Positions 58,235 to 64,000 of a DNA stretch of 64,000 nucleotides are shown one piece after another. The position numbers and the translations under genes were made by a program. The DNA is from the human T2T-CHM13v2.0 reference genome, Homo sapiens. The notes under the pieces are model-generated. The model saw only the letters and a program-made list of their open reading frames with translations. It made no database searches and was not told the DNA's origin. The stretch lies in the NCBI RefSeq assembly GCF_009914755.1, contig NC_060943.1, one strand, 5' to 3'. Every line of letters begins with the position of its first letter. Within the stretch, counting starts at the first letter, position 1.

Positions 58235-60100
58235 TATTAATCCTAAAGGGAGAAGGAGATTCAGCAAGAATGGTGAAAGGAGAATTATAAGTAGGGCTTC
58301 TCGTTTCATGATCAATATCTGATGGGGGGGGGTAAGTACAGGGGCAGTCAGGATTGGAGGGTCTGGCAAACAGGTCAGCTGAATCAGTGTCTACTAATGA
58401 GGCAGGAGCCAGGATCCACATGATGAAAGTGGCCACAGTCAGGAAGTCTGAAATTTTCTCAGCAGAAAGGGAGAAAGAACAGGCAGGCTGAGTGGCCCTG
58501 CTGTCTGAAGGGGCCTCAGTTTTATCCTCCAACGCCTTGGGGCTCCACTGGTGCTCACCTCTCTTCTCCAAGCCTAGGTCTTCAGCAGTGACTATACAGG
58601 AAACCTAGGGGGCAGAGGTAGCTCTCCTCCACCCAACAATAGCGGCAGTGGCAGCAGCAGGAGTACTGGAATTTGGAGTTACAGAGCTCACAGCTGTTAG
58701 ATGTGTTTGGAAAGTTCCTTCTTGAGAGTGTCTGGAAGCTTTTTCTCCCTGTGTCTTGTCTGACTTTAGTGAGGCTGGAGATCTGGGTGAATGGCCTCCA
58801 TCAACATCTTCCTTCGCCCACCTCTCCAGTAGCAGAGTGCAGATAAGACTGGACGGGACAGCCCTGCTGAACCCACGGCAGACCTCCAAAGAGGTCTGTA
58901 TAAGCTGGCGATGTCACTGACTTTGGCAAATGGGCTCAGAGAAGATGCTTTCTTACTCAAGGTGTCTTCTGGGTGTTTGGAACAGAGGCTTCCTTTCAGG
59001 AGTCCAGGACTGTACTGGAAGGAAGTGACCACAAGATGACACCGTTGATCTTCCAGACACTCCCGCTGTTATGAGGGTGAGGGGGGAGCCCTTCTCTAAT
59101 TATCCTTCTTTTGCTACTTTTTCCCTCTGCCTTAGCTTTTCCTTTCCTGCACTCTCCTGGGGACTTCAACTCAGTCTTTCTGAGGCAAGTATGGAGGGGA
59201 GGACAGGGTGGCCCAGCTTCGTAGAGATCACTACCTGCTCAAACCCCAAACAGAAAGGAGTCATTTGCAGCCTGGAGGAGGACTCTACCATTCCAAGATA
59301 TTCAGCTGAACACCCTAGTAGTGCTAGCCGGCAGCAGTGGCTCCTGAGACCTCCACACCAGAGTCCCGCACACATTCAAGGTAAGAACCCCAGAGAGGAG
59401 CCCAGAGCCTGCGGAATCAGACACCGCCTCCTAGCGGTGATGTCCAACCGAAAAGGCGCGGGACTGCAGTAAACCTGGGCGAGCAAGGTCGAGGAGAGCT
59501 CTGTGCCGGGACCGCGAGGCGATCCAGACCAGATGGGGGACGAGGGGCGCGTATGAAGCTTGTAGAAGAGGTTGCCGGTGAAGAGCAGCCTGTGCGCTGC
59601 ACACCCTGTTACGCAATTGAGCCGCCGTTGGAACGCGTGGAGAGAAAGGGTGCGCGAGGCCAGGGCTCGAAGAAACGCAGCAGAGGGCAAAGGGCGAGGT
59701 CCAACGGCCCAGCCCCAGCAGGGGACTCTCGAGCTTCGGGATTCCGCCTACCCGGTAGCGGCTGTTTAGACCCAGACCGGCCCCTGCGCGATATGAGCAC
59801 CGCTCAGGACTGCAGCTGTTGGGCACCAGCAGCCAGGTCTGCAGGCTCCGCGAAGCCTGGCCCGGACCGTAGCTTCTGCAAGCAGTCCAGGTGTATCCTG
59901 GGGTCACTGGAGGGCAGAGCCTGCTCAGAGCGAGTACAGAAGCAGCCCAGGTCTTCCCAGCACCAGGTTCACTGGAAGTGCCAGGTGTGGGAGAGGGAGC
60001 TGGGGAGGGAAGAGGGCTATGCTGGTTCCCGAGCTGAATGATGTACCCAAGAGGCCAGGTAGCTGCAGCAGGTGCTAAGATGAGGAGGAGACGCCATCAT
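58235..60100 (-). pseudogene. POM121/POM121L2-like intronless pseudogene, copy C (N-terminus plus central POM121 domain; C-terminus lost)
   Basis: Collinear motifs vs recalled POM121: GLLLYS (TM); RLLFTGNLFYK (ELLLMGSYLGK); FRLDITARRRCLIPQALGSSLGFLP (RFVITPRRRYPIHQAQYSCLGVLP); ECRKGK; PGLLKGSLCSKHPEDTLSKKASS (PGSLKRGLNSQSSDDHLNKRSRS); DKTQGEKA (ESQGEKA); AEDLGLEKRGEHQWSPKALEDKTEA ([25 protein letters not shown]). Frameshifted. Confidence 0.9.
59400..59880. promoter_or_regulatory. CpG island-like segment
   Basis: Highest CpG density in the window by inspection, outside Alus. Confidence 0.7.
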
Positions 60101-60801
60101 GGGGTGCAAATATGGAGCACAAAAGGCTGGACCCTCATCCTTTTAGGCAGCTGCTGCTGAAGACATCTGTTTCCCCTCTCCCCTCCTCAGGCCACCACCT
60201 CCTTCATGCTCCTCTGTGATCACCTCTCCAAGTCCCGGTGTCAGGAGCCTTCTCTGTGGCCGCCCTGGAGAGACTTGAGCCTGGGACGTGACGTGCTGGG
60301 CTGTGAAGCTTTCTGAGAAGGGAAACCTGTGGCCTGACCTGCCTGAATGCTGCACCCAACCTCATCTCTTCCTGGGAGGCAGGCTCTCTTCGCTTGTTTT
60401 TACAAATTTGGTAAAACAGCATTTCAGTCCTAGTCCCTGGTAGTGACCCTGCCAGGATTTGACCCAGGCTGTCTGACTCTATTTATGCACAAATCACGTA
60501 TTACCATTTTTTATTGTCCTTAGTCCATGGCACACATATAATGAGCACTTACGTGGCCCACTAGGAAGTCTTTCCTTTTTGCTTCAACTCAGATCTTGGC
60601 CATTGGCCACAATGGGGCCTTGGTCTCCTCTGAAGATGACCTGGGACTGCTGTTCACAAGCAAATCCCCATTGGGCATTTCTATTCTCATTGAGCTTGCA
60701 GCAAACCATGAAGGTCCCTGTGGCCTATCTTCTCCCAAAGCCAAGGATGGGAGATGGTACATCAGGTGGGCACAGGATTCATGCTGATTTAAAAGCTTTA
60801 T

Positions 60802-61382
60802 GGCAGGGCACAGTGGCTCCTGCCTATAATCTCAACACTGGGAGGCTGAAGCAGGAGAAATGCTGGAGACCAGGAGTATGCAACCAGCCTGAGCAACACA
60901 GTGAGACCCTGTCTCTACAAAAAAATTTTAAAATAAAATTAGCTGGGCATGGTGGCATACGCCTATAGTCCCAGCTACTCAGGAGGCTGAGGTGGGAGGA
61001 TCACTTGAGCCCAGGAGTATGAGGTTATAGTGATCTATGATCACACAACTGCACTACAGCCTGGACAACAGAGCGAGACCCTGTCTTGTTTGTTTTGTTT
61101 TATTTTTGAGATGGAGTCTTACTCTGTCGCACAGGCTGGAGTGCAGTGGTACGATCATTGCAACCTCTGCCTCCTGGGTTCAAGCAATCGTCCTGCCTCA
61201 GCCTCCCAAGTAGCTGGGATTACAGGCGCCCACCAGCACGCCCGGCTAATTTTTGTATTTTTAGTAGAGACGGGGTTTCACCATGTTGTCCAGGCTGGTC
61301 TTGAACTCCTGACCTCAGGTGATCCACCCACCTCGGCCTCCCAAAATGCTGGGATTACAGGTGTGAGCCACTGCACCTGGGC
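60802..61382. mobile_element. Tail-to-tail Alu pair: AluJ (+, ~60802-61087) and AluS (-, ~61090-61382)
   Basis: Alu consensus followed immediately by reverse consensus. Confidence 0.88.
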
Positions 61383-61504
61383 CTGTCTCATTTTTTAGAA
61401 AGACTTTTCAGGATCCTGGTCAATATTGACAATTTATCAATATTGACTTTTCCAGTACAGGAGCATGATATATGTCTCCATATATTTAGGTCTTTTAAGA
61501 TTTA

Positions 61505-61903
<399 letters not shown>

Positions 61904-62509
61904 TTAAGGGTCTAAAAATATAAGAACGAGACTAAGTGGAAAAGACCATAAGCAACCCATAACGCCATATTTACTATCTGGGTTTTTAAGAGAAAATTTG
62001 TAACCACTGTTTTGTAGTTTTCTGTGAGTCTAACTTGCAGAGCTTTTGCTAATTTATTCCTATGTATTTTATGTGAGTTGTAAACACTACTGTAAATGGT
62101 ATCATTCCAATTTTAGTTTTCAATCATTCATCAATGGTATACAGAAATTTTTAAAAATACACATTGACTTGTATACTGAGACCTTGGTAAATTCACTTTT
62201 GACTTCTGGTAGCTTCTTCGTTTTCTATGAATCATGTTTATGTGAATAAAGCTACTTTAACTTCTGTTTTAATCTGCATGCCTTTTTCTTTCTCTTTCTT
62301 ACCTTTACATTTGCAGAAACCAACAACTGTCAGCATTGACACCATCAGGCCTTTCTCTTCTAATTTAACCTTGCAGCCAACCACACGGCTATCTGTGCGG
62401 GATCTCTCCCCAAGCTCAAGGACATGAGATGCGGATCAGGTAGGTGCAAGATCCATGCTGTCTTAAAAAGTCTTATAAGGCCAATATGTCTTGGAGCAAT
62501 TCCATACAC

Positions 62510-62835
62510 CAGGGGTCCCCAACACCCAGGCCACAGACCAGTACTGGCTGTGGCCTGTTAGGAACTGGGTCACACAGCAGGAGGTGAGTGGCAGGTGAGC
62601 GGATATTACCGCCTAAGCTCCGCCTCCTGTCAGATCAGCAGCGGCATTAGATGCTCTTAGGAGTGCGAACCCTATTGTGAACTGCGCATGCAAGGGATCT
62701 AGGTTTCACATTCCTTATGAGAATCTAATGTCTGAGAATAGTTTCATTCCAAAACCATCCCCCCGCTACCCATGGAAAAATTTTTTTCCACGAAACCAGT
62801 TTCTGGTGCCAAAAAGGTTGGGGACTGCTGCCCTA
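62510..62835. mobile_element. MER1B-like hAT transposon
   Basis: CAGGGGTCCCCAAC...GGTGCCAAAAAGGTTGGGGACTGCTG. Confidence 0.88.
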
Positions 62836-62902
62836 GACCAGCTTTCTGGATTCTGGCTGAAACGGACAACTTACCAATATTAATTCTTCACTCCACCAGC
62901 TG

Positions 62903-62934
<32 letters not shown>

Positions 62935-62939
62935 TTGTA

Positions 62940-64000
62940 CGTGTATTAGTATACGGCAGTTTACAGAAAAATAATTGTTTTATATATATTGATCTTGTAT
63001 ACTAGCACCTTGCAAAATTCATACCTTACTTTTTATAATTTTTTATAGATGGATTATAGGATTTTCTGCATACACAATCAGGATTTCTGTGCATTGAGTA
63101 GTTTACCCTTTCCTTTTAAATCTGTATGATTTTAATTTTTCTTATCCTCCACATTTGCTGCAACCTCCAATACAACATTGAATCCAAGAGAAGTCAATGG
63201 ACTTCATTTTCTACTTCCTGATCTTGGGGGGAAAATATTCAGTATGCTGTTAACTGAAGTTTTTTTTCGTTCAATGCATGCATTATCACATAAAAGAAAT
63301 AAGGAAATTCCGTCCACTTCCTACTTTACTGAAAGATTTTTTTTGAAAGGAATATTAGCTTTTTTCGATTAGTTTGTTCACAACTATTGAGATGAATTGT
63401 ATCGGCTGATTCTTTTCTAATAGCTTTTTTGAGAGACAATTCATGTAAAATACAATCCATGTATTTGAAGTATAGAATTCAATGGCTATTAGTCTATTCA
63501 CAGAAATGTGCAACCATCAACACAATTTTGTAAAGTATTCATCACCCCAAAAAGAATCTTTGTACACCTTAGCCATCACCTTCTAATACCCCCACACCTC
63601 CCAGTTCTAGGCAAGCATTAATCGACTTTCTCTCTTTGAGTTTACCTACTCTGGACATTTCCTGTATGAAACCATAGACTATGTGGTTCTTTCTGGCTGG
63701 ATTCATTCATGTATTATAATAGTTTTATATGGCATATACATAACACAAAATTTACCATTTTAACAATTTCTAAATGTACAATTCACTGGCATTTAGTACA
63801 TTTATATTGTTGTATAACCATCGCCACTATTCATCTCCAGAACTTTTTCATCATCCTAAATTGAAACTCTGTACCTATTAAACAATAACTCCCCAGCACA
63901 CATTCCCCACAGCTCTGGTAACCACTATTCTGTCTCTATGAATTTGCCTATTCCAGGTATATCATATAAGTAGAATGACACCTTTGTCCTTCTATGTCCA
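62940..64000 (-). mobile_element. Old L1 fragments (ORF2 and L1MB 3' ends)
   Basis: Reverse L1 motifs (TTCCTGATCTT..GGAAAA, GTGCAACCATCA, CATCTCCAGAACTTTTTCATCATCC). Confidence 0.8.

Noticed and set aside
59071-60041. + strand ORFs (133 aa, 162 aa) over the CpG island
   Set aside because: Antisense to POM121-like copy C; long frames are expected in GC-rich DNA.

Overview
Primate (probably human) genomic DNA rich in Alu, L1, L2, MIR, LTR and DNA-transposon repeats. I see no intact protein-coding gene; the window is a graveyard of decayed genes. The left part (1-28 kb) holds two unprocessed KRAB-C2H2 zinc-finger pseudogenes on the minus strand with readable exon structure (ZNF132/ZNF548/ZNF792/ZIK1-like clade). 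It also holds relics of a third KRAB-ZNF of a different clade, a deleted ERV1 provirus (pol-IN and env-TM remnants) and a near-perfect 103-bp inverted repeat. The right part (32-64 kb) holds three diverged copies of one cassette: old L1 piece + ~200-bp unit + MIR + intronless POM121/POM121L2-like nucleoporin pseudogene. Copies A (34-38 kb) and B (53-54 kb) are on +, and copy C (58-60 kb) is on -, converging on B. Copy A carries a tandem amplification of the POM121 C-terminal segment; B and C keep CpG islands. A finger-less processed copy of ZNF396 sits inside an L1 at 45.9-48.2 kb. Family assignments come from my hand translation and recalled parent sequences, with no alignments run. Repeat subfamily names and many boundaries are approximate.
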